Positions 22,936 through 36,040 are shown, counted from the first letter of the stretch. The stretch is DNA of 64,000 nucleotides from Octopus sinensis (GCF_006345805.1 NC_043004.1:39432001-39496000); one strand, 5' to 3'. The notes: generated by a model not told the origin, from the sequence alone. Numbers and translations: made by a program.

Positions 22936-25900
22936 TGTTTCTTTATTAGCCACACAGGGCTGCACACAGATAGAACAAATTACAAGGTAGAGCTTTTCTT
23001 TTGAAGGTTTAAAAAAAAAAAAAAAAAAAAAAAAAGGAAGGGGGAGTTTCGATCAAAAGGGATCGTAAAAGGAGAGAAAGAGGACAAAAGAAAGGGGGTG
23101 TTAAAAAAAAAAAAAAAAGGGGGGGGAGAGGAAAAAAAATTGATCAATAGGGATCGTTATCACAGAAATGTCAATATGAAGTGTAAAGGGGAGAACAGGT
23201 GAGGTTTACCCGTGGAAAGAAAAGCCTACGGAAAAGACCACGGTAACCTCGGTCAATGAAGTCACATTTTATATTTCTTTTTTTTTTTTTTTTTTTGCAA
23301 ATAAGCAACTCTCTGTTTTCGATTTCTGGGTTCATAGGACTATGCTCAAGGTGGCTTCGTCATTCATACGTGCCATTCTTGCTACATTCACCCATCTTTT
23401 TTTAAAACATTCGCTAGACAAAACTTGCCTCTCTACTCTCACTTTCCTTTTCAAGTGGTACTTGAAGAAGTTGATGAGAGATTGACCAGAGAGGAAAGTG
23501 TTTGTCTCCAATCCTTTCAGACGCGTCCACCAGATACATTCTTTCGCCATAGCCACAAGGATGATGAAAATAGCTCTTCCTTCCCGTTTGAAGGAAGGAG
23601 GCGTGACAATATTGACGATAGACTCAGCTGATAAACCGACTCGTCCAACACGTGACAGCAGTTGTTCGACATAAGCCCACAGGTCGGAAATTGTTGGACA
23701 CTGAACGAGTGCGTGCAGAACGGTTTCGTCGCTCTGACCGCATCTCGGGCAGGTCGGCCCCGTGTTTCTCGAGCCGTGTCTGTAGAGCTTATCCCGAACG
23801 GGTAGCGCTTCTCGGTAGCACTGCCAGGCCAGGGATCTCTGGAAGTTGTCCATGGGCCCTGGCCCGAAAGTCGTCCCGAACAGGCGGGTCAGGTACTCCT
23901 CGTCGACGTCCAGGTTCGCCCCGAGCTCGTCGTCGTACCTCCCCTCCACTAAACCCCTATAGAATGCTTTGGTTGTGTTGAAGTCACTTAAGGTCGAGCC
24001 AGGACGGCAGAGTTGCTTGAGAGCAACGCGACACTCGCGGTGCCATTCGCCCTTCCTCGGCCTCTTTTTGATCCACGACTGCAGTTCGGTCATGGAGACG
24101 AGCTGCGGGAAAGCGTGCCTCACAAACGGCGACCACACCTGTTCACCGTCGTCTACATAGAGCCAGAGATGTCGCAGTCTCAGCGCGTGTCTGCGCATCA
24201 TCAACCACGGCATGCCCAGCCCTCCTTTTAACGGGTGTTGACAGCAAATGGATCGCCTGACCATCGGGACGCATCCTTTCCACAAGAAGCGAAAGAGGAT
24301 GCGTTGTAGTTTGGTGATGGTAGGGTCGGAACAAGGTACGACGGTCAGGCGGTAGTAGATGACGGACGCGATGTACGTGTTCGCCACCTCCGCTCGACCT
24401 TTTAGGGACAGTTTCCTCTCGGCCCATTGCCGGGCGAGAGTGACCACCCTACTCGTTATCTCGTTCCAGTTCTTCTCCACTTGGAGGTCCGACCAAACCA
24501 GACCCCGAGCAACTCAACCGGGCCGTCGGTCCAGCGTCCCACGACGGAGGCGCTGGTGGACGGCATGGCTTGCTTCTCCAGGTGCCTAGTCGCAAGCCCA
24601 CTGACTTTTCCCGGTTGATTTTCGCTCCTGTCACCGCTTCGTAGTTTTTCAGTGTCTCGCCGACCAGCTCGATGTGCTCGTGGCTAGACACTATGACGGT
24701 GACGTCGTCCGCGTATGCAGACACGCTCGTCCCGCATCCCAATTCTCGCGGGATGCCCCTTAGAGTCGCCAGCTTCCGCAGTAGTGGCTCAAGAGTCAAT
24801 ACGTATAGAAGCGCCGAGAGGGAGCATCCCTGACGGACCGAACGTGCAATGTCGAAAGGTCTCGATAGATGTCCATTTACGCGAATTACCGAACGGATGC
24901 CTCTGTACAAGGCAGCTATCCAGCCGCGGAAGACGGGACCGAAACCAGCCGCTCTCAGGACTGCCTCCAAGTATCGATGGTCTACCCTATCAAAGGCTTT
25001 CGATTGATCCAAGTTGATCAGGGCCCCACCCATGCCAGGTTCGTTAACTACCCTGTCTATGATGTAGCGCATCAGATGGAGGTTGTCATGGATGGTCCGG
25101 CCTGGCACGGCGCATGTTTGCGCCTTGTCGACCAGTTTCTCGATGACAAGCGCCAACCTCTTGGCTAGCACCTTGGCCAAAATTTTCAAGTCTGCATTAA
25201 GCAGAGTGATGGGCCTAAAGTTATCTATTACATTTCCCTTGTTTAGATCTTTCTTCAGCAGTGTTACGGCTCCTCGGCTCACAAAACCAGGAATGCTCCC
25301 GTTTTGCTGCCAGTTGCAGTACACCGCCGCCAAGAGATCTCCAAACAAGTCTGGCATACAATTGTAAAGCTCGTAGGGTAGACCATCCAAACCGGTGATT
25401 TGTCCCTCGAGCATTCTGCCATCGCTTCCCGCACTTTCGCCGCCGTGATGGCACCTTCGCAGCACCCTGCCCTTCTTGTCGAGAGTCGTGGTAGGCTATG
25501 TAGGTAGGCACTGAAGTCCACCCTACGTTCTTGCCCTCCACTCGTTCCGAACAGTCGGGCAAAATGCTGCTGAAAGGCCTCACACATTTTACTTGGCTCG
25601 AGCAATTCGCGCCCCTGTTCATCCACGAGTGACCGAATGGTGGCTTTGTTGCCCTGTTGCGCCTCTGCCACCCGGGCCTCTCTCGTGGCTCCAACACCTT
25701 CGTTCCTTAGAGCACGCATCCTAGCTCTGACAGCACATCCTTCGTGTTTGGCGTTGAAGTGTTGGTCGAGGGCCAACCTCGCCGCCAAAACGTCGGATGC
25801 GATGCCGCTTCTAATTGCCTCTTCTAGCTTCTTAACTAGCTCACCCTCTACTCTATTTCTATCTATGGCTAGTGCTTTGCTGTACCTAATCGCTTCTGCT

Positions 25901-25947
25901 TTTACTGCTCTCTTGAGGGCAAACCACCATTTGTTCTTGATGATGGT
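22936..25947 (-). mobile_element. Young 5'-truncated Tx1/L1-clade LINE (RT + C-terminal CCHC zinc finger), two frameshifts
   Basis: Overlapping ORFs 25279-25950, 24449-25465 and 23332-24480. RT motifs NFRPITLLNADLKILAK, LDQSKAFDRVDH, VRQGCSLSALLY, AYADDVT. CPRCGQSDETVLHALVQCP zinc finger. Stop at 23332 followed by ~400-bp 3' UTR. Confidence 0.93.
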
Positions 25948-25964
25948 GATAGATAGATAGATAG

Positions 25965-26012
<48 letters not shown>

Positions 26013-26032
26013 ATATTAATTTGAGGCTGAGC

Positions 26033-26100
<68 letters not shown>
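25948..26100. repeat. (GATA)n then (CT)n microsatellites
   Basis: Direct reading; abuts the LINE 5' truncation point. Confidence 0.95.
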
Positions 26101-26101
<1 letters not shown>

Positions 26102-26865
26102 CTATTCCAATTTTTCACGGTACCTACTAGAAGGCAAATGCTGGGAAACTGGTTTTTTTTAATGGTTACAGAATTTCAGCCATCGGCCTGACCTCTTATC
26201 ATTGGCCAGCGAGTGACTGCTAGACTGAATTTTCTAAGCTTTGCCGGGAAGACATGATGTCATCATAGGGTACCTTTTCTCCATACTTTAGAAACAAATC
26301 TGATGTTAGGCAGTAAATATGCTAAAATGAATATGATAGGCATTTACATTGTTACTATAACTGAAATAGCCGTCAGTGTATTGGTTATTAAAATAGTTAT
26401 TTGTATTCAACAGGTATACTTTCCCTAACGGGTTACACCAGATTAGTTATTCTAGTCCTAGGTTAAATTTATCACTTTATTTGTGGTACAATTGGTAGCG
26501 CGGTGAACATAAATTTCTCGGGTGTTAAATTACGTTTCTCTAAGAGCTGAGGTCAAATTTCATCTTGACCAACTTTTCATTCCACCCTCTTGAGTTTGAC
26601 AAAACAAATACCTTTCACGAAGTGAGTTCAATCTTAGCCTATTATACTCTCCTGAAAAGGCTTCCCTTTTATGTTACAGAAAACCATTATCTGAGCGTCG
26701 GACAAAATGACTTGAGGTATTGTTTTACAACTCTATGTTTTGAGTTCAACCTCTCCCTGAGAGCAATTTTGCCTTTCACCTTTCGCGGGCCTATAAAATT
26801 AAGTACTAGGGTCAATTTAATCAACGAATCCCTCACTTAATATTTCTAGCTGCATAAGACGGTGA

Positions 26866-27070
26866 GCTAGTGAAATCATTAGCGCAACGGGCAAAACGCT
26901 CAGCGGCGTTTCGCCGTCTTTACGTTCTGAGTTCTAATTCTACCGAGATCGATATTGACTTTCATCCTTTTGGAGCCCGTAAAATAGGTACCAGTTGAGC
27001 AATGGGGTTGATATAATCGAGATAACTCCATCCCCGAAATTGGTGGTCTTGTGCCAACATTTGAAACTAA
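26866..27070 (+). mobile_element. Diverged family C SINE
   Basis: Head, core and GGCCTTGTGCCAAAATTTGAA-type tail. Confidence 0.7.
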
Positions 27071-27629
27071 TATTTTTAGCTGAATTTTTAGTGGTGCGAG
27101 TGTAAGAGTCATTAAAGCCGCGGACAAAATACATCATGGTGATTTTTTATGGTCTACGATCAAAGCCCGCCGAGATATTCAGTAATCTGATTGACCCCAG
27201 AGGGATGAAACACAAATTTGACCTCGGCGAGGTCAGACGGAGCAAGTTCAGGACAGTAAGTGAGATGAGACAAAACTTCTACATTTAATGCCATAATCTT
27301 TTCCTGAATGACTTGGTTAATAATCGTACTTCCATTTCCGCTAAGAGCAACGCCCTTTTACGATTGACCAATGATGGGTGCTTTTTCCTGCATCTTTCTG
27401 TGTAACACTTCAAAATGACGACAATAGTGCTTCGCATTAACGTTTCTCCTTGGTTTAAGCGCTACATATCCCACAAAACACAAAACATAACTTTTCCGGG
27501 TATAGTCCTGGTCCGGTAATGGATTCTCTTCTTTTCACTGAATGCTAACCATTATCGTTTTCCTAGCATTCCTATAATGATTTCTTATATATAAAAGTAG
27601 CTGCAATGATTGAGTAATATATACAGACT

Positions 27630-27840
27630 AAAAAGGATCTAGCCGGCCGAATCGTTACAACGCAGGGTAAAATGCCAAGCGTTATTTGGTCCGTTTTCAC
27701 GTTCTGAGTTCAAATGCCACCGGAATCAACTTTGCCTTTCATCCGCTCGAGGTTGATAAAATCAGCTGAGCCCTGGGGGGCAACATAATCGACTTACCTC
27801 CTCCCCCGAAATTGTTGGCCTTGTGTCAAAATTTGAATTA
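27630..27840 (+). mobile_element. Diverged family C SINE
   Basis: TTCTGAGTTCAAAT..ACTTTGCCTTTCATCC core. Confidence 0.7.
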
Positions 27841-28177
27841 AATACATACAGACTAATATCGATACAGATGTTAAGTAGCCGATCAGTACTGATAGAACAG
27901 GCGTTTGATCACGATTGTCTTTGATAACAATGTGCGATGTGTCCCTTTTTTAAGACAGTTCACATGAGTCTAGTGTCCACTTAATCCGTTATCTCGTCGA
28001 CAAGTTGTTGCTGTTTCTCTTGTTGCTTTTCTTCAAGTCTTCCTCGAACAAGCAGACCAATGGTCAAAGTCATTCTAGCTGAGACCATCGTGTCTTTTGA
28101 TTTTAGGGGAAATTGACTCCTATTTCTATCAGCTCGATCGCCAACATGAAGCCTATGTCAACTCCTTCATAACAAGA

Positions 28178-28261
28178 GCAGCAGCAGCAGCGGCAACAGC
28201 AGCAGTAGCAACAGCGGCACCAGCAGCAGCAGCAGAAGCAGCAGCAGCAGTAGTAGTAGTT

Positions 28262-28292
<31 letters not shown>

Positions 28293-28380
28293 CATACACA
28301 TTATTAGTAGTGGTGGTGGTAGCAGCAGCAGCAGTGGTACTAACAGCAGCAGCGGTAAAAGCAGTAACAGCAGCAGCAGC

Positions 28381-28430
<50 letters not shown>
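28178..28430. repeat. (GCA)n/(GTA)n compound trinucleotide repeat
   Basis: Direct reading. Confidence 0.95.
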
Positions 28431-29289
28431 CGCCAGCAAGATGTTTCCGCGAGGTTTACTCAATATGTTTCTGATAAATAATTCTGACTTCTCAGACTTC
28501 CAGGAATGTAACAGAATATACTCTAAAGACTTCACAAAACATCAAGCTATACTCATTCCACGTAGATATTCTTCCCCTCCTCTCTTCAACACGTCTGCAT
28601 ATCTGTGTAACAATCCTTTTGTTCAAGATGATGTGAACAAGATTCTCCCTGAAATATTGCTGGAATTTCAAAGAAAGAAATGTTTTGTTTCATCTGAGCT
28701 AAACAGAAAACAGATGCATTTCTTTAAATGAATATAAAAATATCTGGGAATTTGAATTAAGAACGAGTGAATCATCAGCTTTGGACGATTTAGGTGTTGC
28801 GTACTTTTCTTCCGCTTGTAGAACCAAACGTATGTGTATGCATGCATGCATGTATGTATGTCTCTTCTATAATTAATCATTTAAATTCGTCCTCTGAGGA
28901 AAGAGTTACAATCTAACAAAGATATGAAGCTCCATCGCTGGAATATAGATATCAAAAGCAATTTCACAATTTAAACTTGAGAAAAGTCTTGCATATATTT
29001 ACTGTTCCGCTTACAGATTGTATTTGTAATGTGCGAGTTAGTTGGTTGGTTTCTTTTTCCGAAAATTCAAGCTTATCCAGACTGTCGGGCATTTGACCGC
29101 AAAACCAAGTGCACCAATTATTATTGGTTTGAACGCAAATTCCTAATTTTGATATAGATGCTGTATGCATGCATGCATGGATGGATGGATGGATGGATGG
29201 ATGGATGGATGGATGGATGGATGGATGGATGTGAAGGCATGTGACCTTTGGTAAGAGTATTGCACCCACGATTGTGGTTTCGATTCTTG

Positions 29290-29542
29290 GTGGCTATGTG
29301 AAGATGTTGAGGACTATGATCAAATCCTAGCTTGTAAGTGTTATTGCCGGAAGACTATATGTGTCGCAAGAGGATTCCGCTCTTGGCCATTCAACCGGAA
29401 AGAGCCAGAAGTGATTGTCGGAGAATTTCTACTCCTTCACACAGCCCCAATTTCTCCTTTCCTAATTTCCCTGATTATAATGCCATGGATTACTATGTGT
29501 GACGCGGTTAAGAATGACACCAACTGCTATGCGTGCAATAAA
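29290..29542 (+). mobile_element. Decayed DD37D-like (maT) transposase C-terminal fragment
   Basis: PNFPDYNAMDYYVCDAVKNDTN matches the WPPxSPDxxPLDxYVW region of the 47.2-48.5 kb and 58.6-59.8 kb elements. Confidence 0.6.
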
Positions 29543-29844
29543 AATGTTTGTTCCTTCTCGAGCCAAGCCTGGCTCATAGAGCCGGTTTCCGGTTTTCTTT
29601 GTGTATAGGTTTCCCACCTGGACGAGACGCCGGTCCATCGCAGGTGAGCTGCAAGATGCAGGAGGAAAGAGTGAGAGAAAGTTGTGGCGAAAGAGTCAGC
29701 AGAAGTTCGCCGTTAACTTCTGCCGGAGCCGCATGGAGCTTAGATGTTTCGCTCATAAACAAACACATCGCCCGGTCTGAGATTCGAATCCGCGATTCCT
29801 CGACCGCGAGTCCGCTGCTCTAACCACTAGGCCATGTGCCTCCA
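29543..29844 (-). mobile_element. tRNA-derived SINE (family D) inserted in the transposon relic
   Basis: Head TGGAGGCACATGGCCTAGTGGTTAGAGCAGCGGACTCGCGGTC..GATTCGAATC. TSD TGCAATAAA (29534-29542, 29845-29853). Confidence 0.8.
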
Positions 29845-30044
29845 TGCAATAAATATTATGTTGGCCAAAAGTCCCCCGACACTAAATCAAAAAATTCCAT
29901 AATTACTTTATATTCAGTTTTATTTATCCATTCCAATTATGAATGTTTAATAATTGAATACTGTGAGTTTAAAAAATCACCAGTTTTTTTTTCAACTTTT
30001 GTCTCATATTAAATAATCTTTTGTTTAATCTTGGAAATAAATCG

Positions 30045-30114
<70 letters not shown>

Positions 30115-30399
30115 AATACATACATACATACATATACATCACTGTGTCCTTGGGGTGTTGCAGGCAGAGCAGTTAGTTCTTTTCGGGGGTATGGCCAAGA
30201 GCAGAATTTTCCTGCAACACATATGGTCGCAATAACCCTCTCAAGCTAGGATTTGACCATAGTCTCCCAAAAGCTTCACATAGCCGCCAGGAATCGAAAC
30301 CATGAACGTGCAACACTCTATGTTTGTGCGTGTATGTAGATACACACACACACATGTATATACATATGCGTGTGTGCGTGTGTGTATGTATATATATAT

Positions 30400-30436
<37 letters not shown>

Positions 30437-30459
30437 AGTACATTACTGTTATATGACAG

Positions 30460-30678
30460 GTATGAGAAGGCACGACCGTGGGATGACAGTAATGCTCACT
30501 TGTATTCTCAAAGTCCGGGTTTGTTTACTTTATGGCACACGGTTCAGGGTGTATATTTTGAATATATACGTAGGATATATGTGTGCCGTCTTAAGCTTGC
30601 GCACACTGGGCAGTTTTTTCCGAGCCCCTCATTGGTCTACGTGCCTGATCCTAATCTATGTGCTGTTGCTTGTTGTCA
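30460..30678 (+). CDS. Possible phase 1-1 exon, hydrophobic (three TM-like stretches)
   Basis: GACAG| acceptor (weak pyrimidine tract) and A|GTAAAT donor. Frame (G)MRRHDRGMTVMLTCILKVRVCLLYG...STCLILIYVLLLVV is phase-compatible with 18301-18493, but a second frame is also open. Confidence 0.3.
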
Positions 30679-31450
30679 GTAAATAAATGTTATAGAACCT
30701 AGTTTACTGATTTATTCACGAGCCTATAATTCTGTTAAGACAACTCTAATTATTCCAAGCGGCATATAAATAACTTCATGTAGTGAGCAAGCCCTGTTTT
30801 CAAGAGAACATATCCACGTATATCACACATCCAGGTTTGTAAAGGAGCCGATTATATAAGGTACATCTCAGATCGGTATGTTTAATCTCCCCTTTCTCAA
30901 ATATGAGTAAAACTTTCATAACGGATTTCCTCTTGTCTAATGGTTTCCATCCGGAGTCGATATGGCTCCTAGGAGTCCGTATCAGATTTTCTAGTTGACA
31001 TTCATCTGCAATAAACTGGTTGTACTTCTACAATGCAGTTAACATTTTAATAATTTGTTTATACAATTCATAATATTATTTGATTATAAAAATATAAATA
31101 GGGATTTTTAATGATCGAATGGCTGAAAGAGTCTAGTCCATCCGAATATATCACCAGTCTTGAATTGCTCATATTTATCAGTAAGTTCCTAGGCTGGTTT
31201 CAAAAGGAGGGGGGAGGTCTTTTTTGAGTTTACTGTTTTGGGACAGCTTGCTTACCATCTTCTTCCCAGCGCTTTTGACAAGTTATTATCTTTGATTCAA
31301 CGATGAAAACTCAGCTCTTTAGGGTACATCAGAGTCTAGTGTCAGAGTGTTCTGTCATATAATAGTATCTACTGCGTACTTACATATGTGTATATAAGTA
31401 TATATGTGTGTCCGTGACTATGTGTGTTTGTGTATATATATATTTATAAA

Positions 31451-31494
<44 letters not shown>

Positions 31495-31510
31495 TTGTAT
31501 ATCTGTATGC

Positions 31511-31549
<39 letters not shown>

Positions 31550-31755
31550 ATATGGCCGCGTGGTGTATCGTTGGCGACTTTCTTTCTCCGTCTTCCCTTC
31601 TTTGGACTTTTTCTATATTTTGATGAAGAGCTCCGCTCGAAACGTGAAATCCTCTCTCTTTTCTTTACTTTCCTTTCCTAAGCGTCCAATAACACTGTAC
31701 TTATTCCACGTCCTCACGTTGTTGTTTTCCTTGGCTTGTTCATGTTTGGATTGAC
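31550..31755 (+). mobile_element. Short (TA)n-flanked element with degenerate hammerhead motif
   Basis: GAAGAGCTCCGCTCGAAACG and GCGTCCAATAA blocks shared with 63790-63985 (-). Confidence 0.6.
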
Positions 31756-31799
31756 TATATATATATATGTATATATATAATATATATATATATATATAT

Positions 31800-32050
31800 T
31801 AATAAATAAAATAAAACATATGCATATGTATAAACATATATATACGTACCTACCTCTACATGTACATATACACGCATATATGAGTACAGGACACCAAAAG
31901 GACGTCGAACACAATGAGAACGAAAACATAGACACAAACCAAAGGAACTGGACATTTTTCTAAAACAACAAAAAAATAGAGTACAGGACAATTAACACAA
32001 CGAAAAAACCCCTTCTTCAGTCGCTATGGTTTCATCTACTCTACGTTTCG

Positions 32051-32052
<2 letters not shown>
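31800..32052. repeat. Unclassified interspersed repeat, copy 1
   Basis: Collinear with 33335-33590. Confidence 0.75.
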
Positions 32053-32128
<76 letters not shown>

Positions 32129-32642
32129 TCACATGCAAGCATACTTCTGCGGTTGTGAATGGGTATATATTATTCGTGTGCGTGTGTATGTGTGTGTGAG
32201 TGTGTATGTTTGCACTGATGAAAAGTAATAAGGAAAAATAAACAAAAAAAAGAAACTGAACAAGAAAAAGGATAAGAAATATAGTCAGAAAATGTGTGGA
32301 AATAAGATACAGAGAGATAATTATATGAGGAGAAAGCGATAGAGAGAGAGAAAGAGGGAGGGAAAGAGAAAGCAAGAGAAGTTGCGGAGTTGTTAACTAT
32401 TTTTATCGTGCCAAGTATTTCCCTATGAAAACCTAACCCTTTTTTTAAAGACTTTTTATTCCTCGTTTATCCGCTTTGAAATGCAAGAACACACACACAC
32501 ACACTGGTCTTTTTATAGATCTTCTTAAAACTATTCGGAACATCTATTTTCGTTCTTACATTTGGGGTTCATTCTATCCTTTCCTTCCTTCCACTGTAGC
32601 ACATTCTTTTGATTTTAATTCTTTTTAAACTTTGGGTGAGAG

Positions 32643-32689
<47 letters not shown>

Positions 32690-33281
32690 CATTATTATTA
32701 TTTTAGTATCTTATTTATTCTTCGAAATACGGGAAGTATATCAGGGGAAAAAACTTATACGTTGGTTTTGCTCTTATTGTTGATTTTTTTTAGCCTAATA
32801 TCTGTAAAATGTCCGGTTAAATGATTTATGCGGATACATCAGATAACTAAGTAAATAACTGTCTAACTAATTAATTAAGTAAGCAACTAATGAACTGTGT
32901 GTCTGACTATCTGTCTGTCTGTCTATCTACCTGTATGTATATACACATTTAAATATATACATTTATATACGTTTGTGCACACACACACATATATATATAT
33001 ATATACACACTCCTGTCACAACGTGGGACCGTGAAGACTGCTTTAATGCAAGAAAGTATACTAGTCCCCTAATATTTTATATTCAGCATTTCATCTACTC
33101 AATAAGACGATCAATACTTCATTTCATTTTACTATATATATATTATTTACACTATATACTCTCTTTACTCTTTTACTTGTTTCAGTCATTTGACTGCGGC
33201 CATGCTGGAGCACCGCGTTATTCTACATTAATATTATAAAAATATGAATAAAACATAAAAAACAGAGTTGGAATTCCCTTG

Positions 33282-33324
<43 letters not shown>

Positions 33325-33334
33325 ACAACAAATT

Positions 33335-33900
33335 ATTAAATAAAACATATGCATATATAGATACATATATGTATGTACCAACATCTACATGTATATATAC
33401 ATGTATATAAGGGTACAGGACACAAAAAAAAACGTCGAACACAATGAGAAACGAAAACATAAACACAAAACCAAAGAAATGGACATTTTTCTTAAACAAC
33501 GAAAAAATAGAGTACAGGACATACAACACAAGGAAAATTTCCCTTCTTCAATCGCCATTGTTTCATCTACTCCGCGTTTCGAAGGTAAAGGCGAGACACG
33601 ACTTCGTTGAAACATTCCTTCCCGCAAAAGGCAAATTAAATAAAATTTGAGATTTTTTGCGGAAGGGTAAAAATGGGAACAAAAACAGGACAGTAAAGAC
33701 AGTACAAAATATAAACAGTAAAAGACGGACAAGGAGAATAACAGTAACACAGACAATGAGGGCTGTTAAACCAAACGAGAGAAAATATTACGAACGCTTT
33801 TTGAGAACGGTTAAGGAGAGACACAGGAAAGTCGTCTACACTCGAAGGAAGCGAGGTCAGAAAGACAGTAGTTTAGCGACGGGGCAGAGGAGGAGGAGTA
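33335..33900. repeat. Unclassified interspersed repeat, longer copy 2
   Basis: First ~255 bp match 31800-32052. Internal hairpin CCTTCCCGCAAAA/TTTTGCGGAAGG at 33617-33668. Confidence 0.65.
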
Positions 33901-34253
33901 AGAGAAAGGGAGAGAAAAAAAGGGAATGGTTGTAGAGAAAACCAGAAAGAATGAAGAATGAGAGAGAGAGAGAGGGAGAGACAGTAAAGTAGAAGAAAGG
34001 GAACCAGAAAGAATGAAGCTGAAAAAGGAAAGGGGACAGAAAAGTTAAGAGTGCGCATCGTTATTAATATTAAGAACAAACTTACTAAGAAATGGATGCG
34101 TGCGTTCCGTCATATAATAACAAATTAATAAATAATATATATATATATATATCATCACAATCAAGGAACGGCCATAATAGGCCATTCACCCACTAGAAAT
34201 AACAGCCAAAGCTTCAACCGCAAAATAACATTAATTCCGTAAACCAGGAGAAA

Positions 34254-34506
34254 ATTAAAAAACATTTACCCTGTAATTTCTTATACGATGCACCGTTTCA
34301 TCTACTGTTTAATGGTAAACTAACCTGATTAAATTAAATCTGGCTATTTCTTACTGACGATTAAATTAAAGCTGGCTATTTCTTACTGACGATTCTAAGG
34401 GCCTATGGAAGATTGGCTTGATTTAATTTAATCAGGTTAGTTTACCATTAAACAGTAGATGAAACGGTGCATCGTATAAGAAATTACAGGGTAAATGTTT
34501 TTTAAT
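34254..34506. repeat. Fold-back element, perfect 87-bp inverted arms
   Basis: 34254-34340 is the exact reverse complement of 34420-34506. The 79-bp spacer holds a 31-bp-period direct repeat. Confidence 0.92.
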
Positions 34507-34605
34507 AAATCTACGGATAACAACAGGTAATCGATACTGTGCCGGTGCTTTACTCATCATCTGTCTATACATTTTGTATAATTTCTCTATTATGTACTTA
34601 TATAT

Positions 34606-34910
34606 ATCACCGTGACCGACCAGGCTATCAGATGTTTCTACATATCGCTGGTCACAATGCGCTTCGCATTGTTTTAGCCTTCAAATGACGCCACCCCGCT
34701 GACTAAGCGAGCAAGGCCAACAGAAGAAAGAGTGAGAGAAAGTTGTGGCGAAAGAGTACAGCAGGGTTCGCCACCACCCCCTGCCGGAGCCTCGTGGAGC
34801 TTTAGGTGTTTTCGCTCAATAAACACTCACAACGCCTGGTCTGTGAATCGAAACTACGATTCTACGACCGCGAGTCCACTGCCCTAACCACTAGGCCATT
34901 GCGCCTCCAC
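34606..34910 (-). mobile_element. Family D tRNA-derived SINE with different 3' part
   Basis: Shares head and ~170-bp body with 29543-29844, then diverges. Confidence 0.8.
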
Positions 34911-35105
34911 ACATATATATATATATACGATTGAGTGGAGAAATGAAAGAATGTAGCACCAATACATGTGACTAGGGTTATTCATATTTAATAACAGTTT
35001 GATTCAACCTACTTTCATAGGTCAGTTTGGGGTGCCTATAAAACTTTGAGTGATGACCAATCAAACTGTTTTTGAATAATATAGTATTGTGCGCGCGCAT
35101 GTTTG

Positions 35106-35136
<31 letters not shown>

Positions 35137-35621
35137 TGTGTGTGCCTGTGTTCGTGTGTCTGTGTGTGTCTGTCTGCGTATGTGTGTACGTGTGTGTTTG
35201 TGTGTGTGTCTGTGTGCGTGTGTGTGTATGAACATAGATACATGCATACACTCTAATAATTCAAATGATTTATCCAAGGAAGTAACATGACAATATATAA
35301 GCAAAAATATTCGTAAATACTTTGAAAGGTGATTACGCTTACGACATATGTTGATAATTGGATGTCAAAAACCGTTAGGAAATACGCCACACATTCATTT
35401 AATGATTTGTGTTATTTACGCGTATTGACTTACGAAAACTGACAAAGATTTTTCCATATTTTGGATGCTTTCTATATAAATTACTCTTAAGCAGGAAAAG
35501 CATTTTGCCTTCATGGAGTTTCAATGTTGATAAGTTGATAAATAAATGTTTCCTTGTCTTTTTTTTCCTTTTTTGTTTTTTTCTTTTGTTTTCTTTTTAA
35601 ATTCTTCAATTTTATTTCATA

Positions 35622-36040
35622 GGCGCAGGAGTGGCTGTGTGGTAAGTAGCTTGCTAACCAACCACATGCTTCCGGGTTCAGTCCCACTGCGTGGAACCTT
35701 GGAAAAGTGTCTTCTGCTATAGCCCTGGGCCGACCAATGCCTTGTGAGTGGATTTGGTAGACGGAAACTGAAAGAAGCCTGTCGTATATATGTATATATA
35801 TATATGTGTGTATGTGTGTGTTTGTGTGTCTGTGTTTGTCCCCCCTAGCATTGCTTGACAACCGATGCTGGTGTGTTTACGTCCCCGTCACTTAGCGGTT
35901 CGGCAAAAGAGACCGATAGAATAAGTACTGGGCTTACAAAGAATAAGTCCCGGGATCGATTTGCTCGACTAAAGGCGGTGCTCCAGCATGGCCGCAGTCA
36001 AATGACTGAAACAAGTAAACGAGTAAAAGAGTAAAAGAGA
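35622..36040 (+). mobile_element. Family A/B SINE
   Basis: Full copy with (GAGTAAAA)n tail. Confidence 0.88.

Noticed and set aside
28097-28535. Poly-Ala/Val and poly-Leu ORFs
   Set aside because: Trinucleotide microsatellite. The same applies to 42268-42723.
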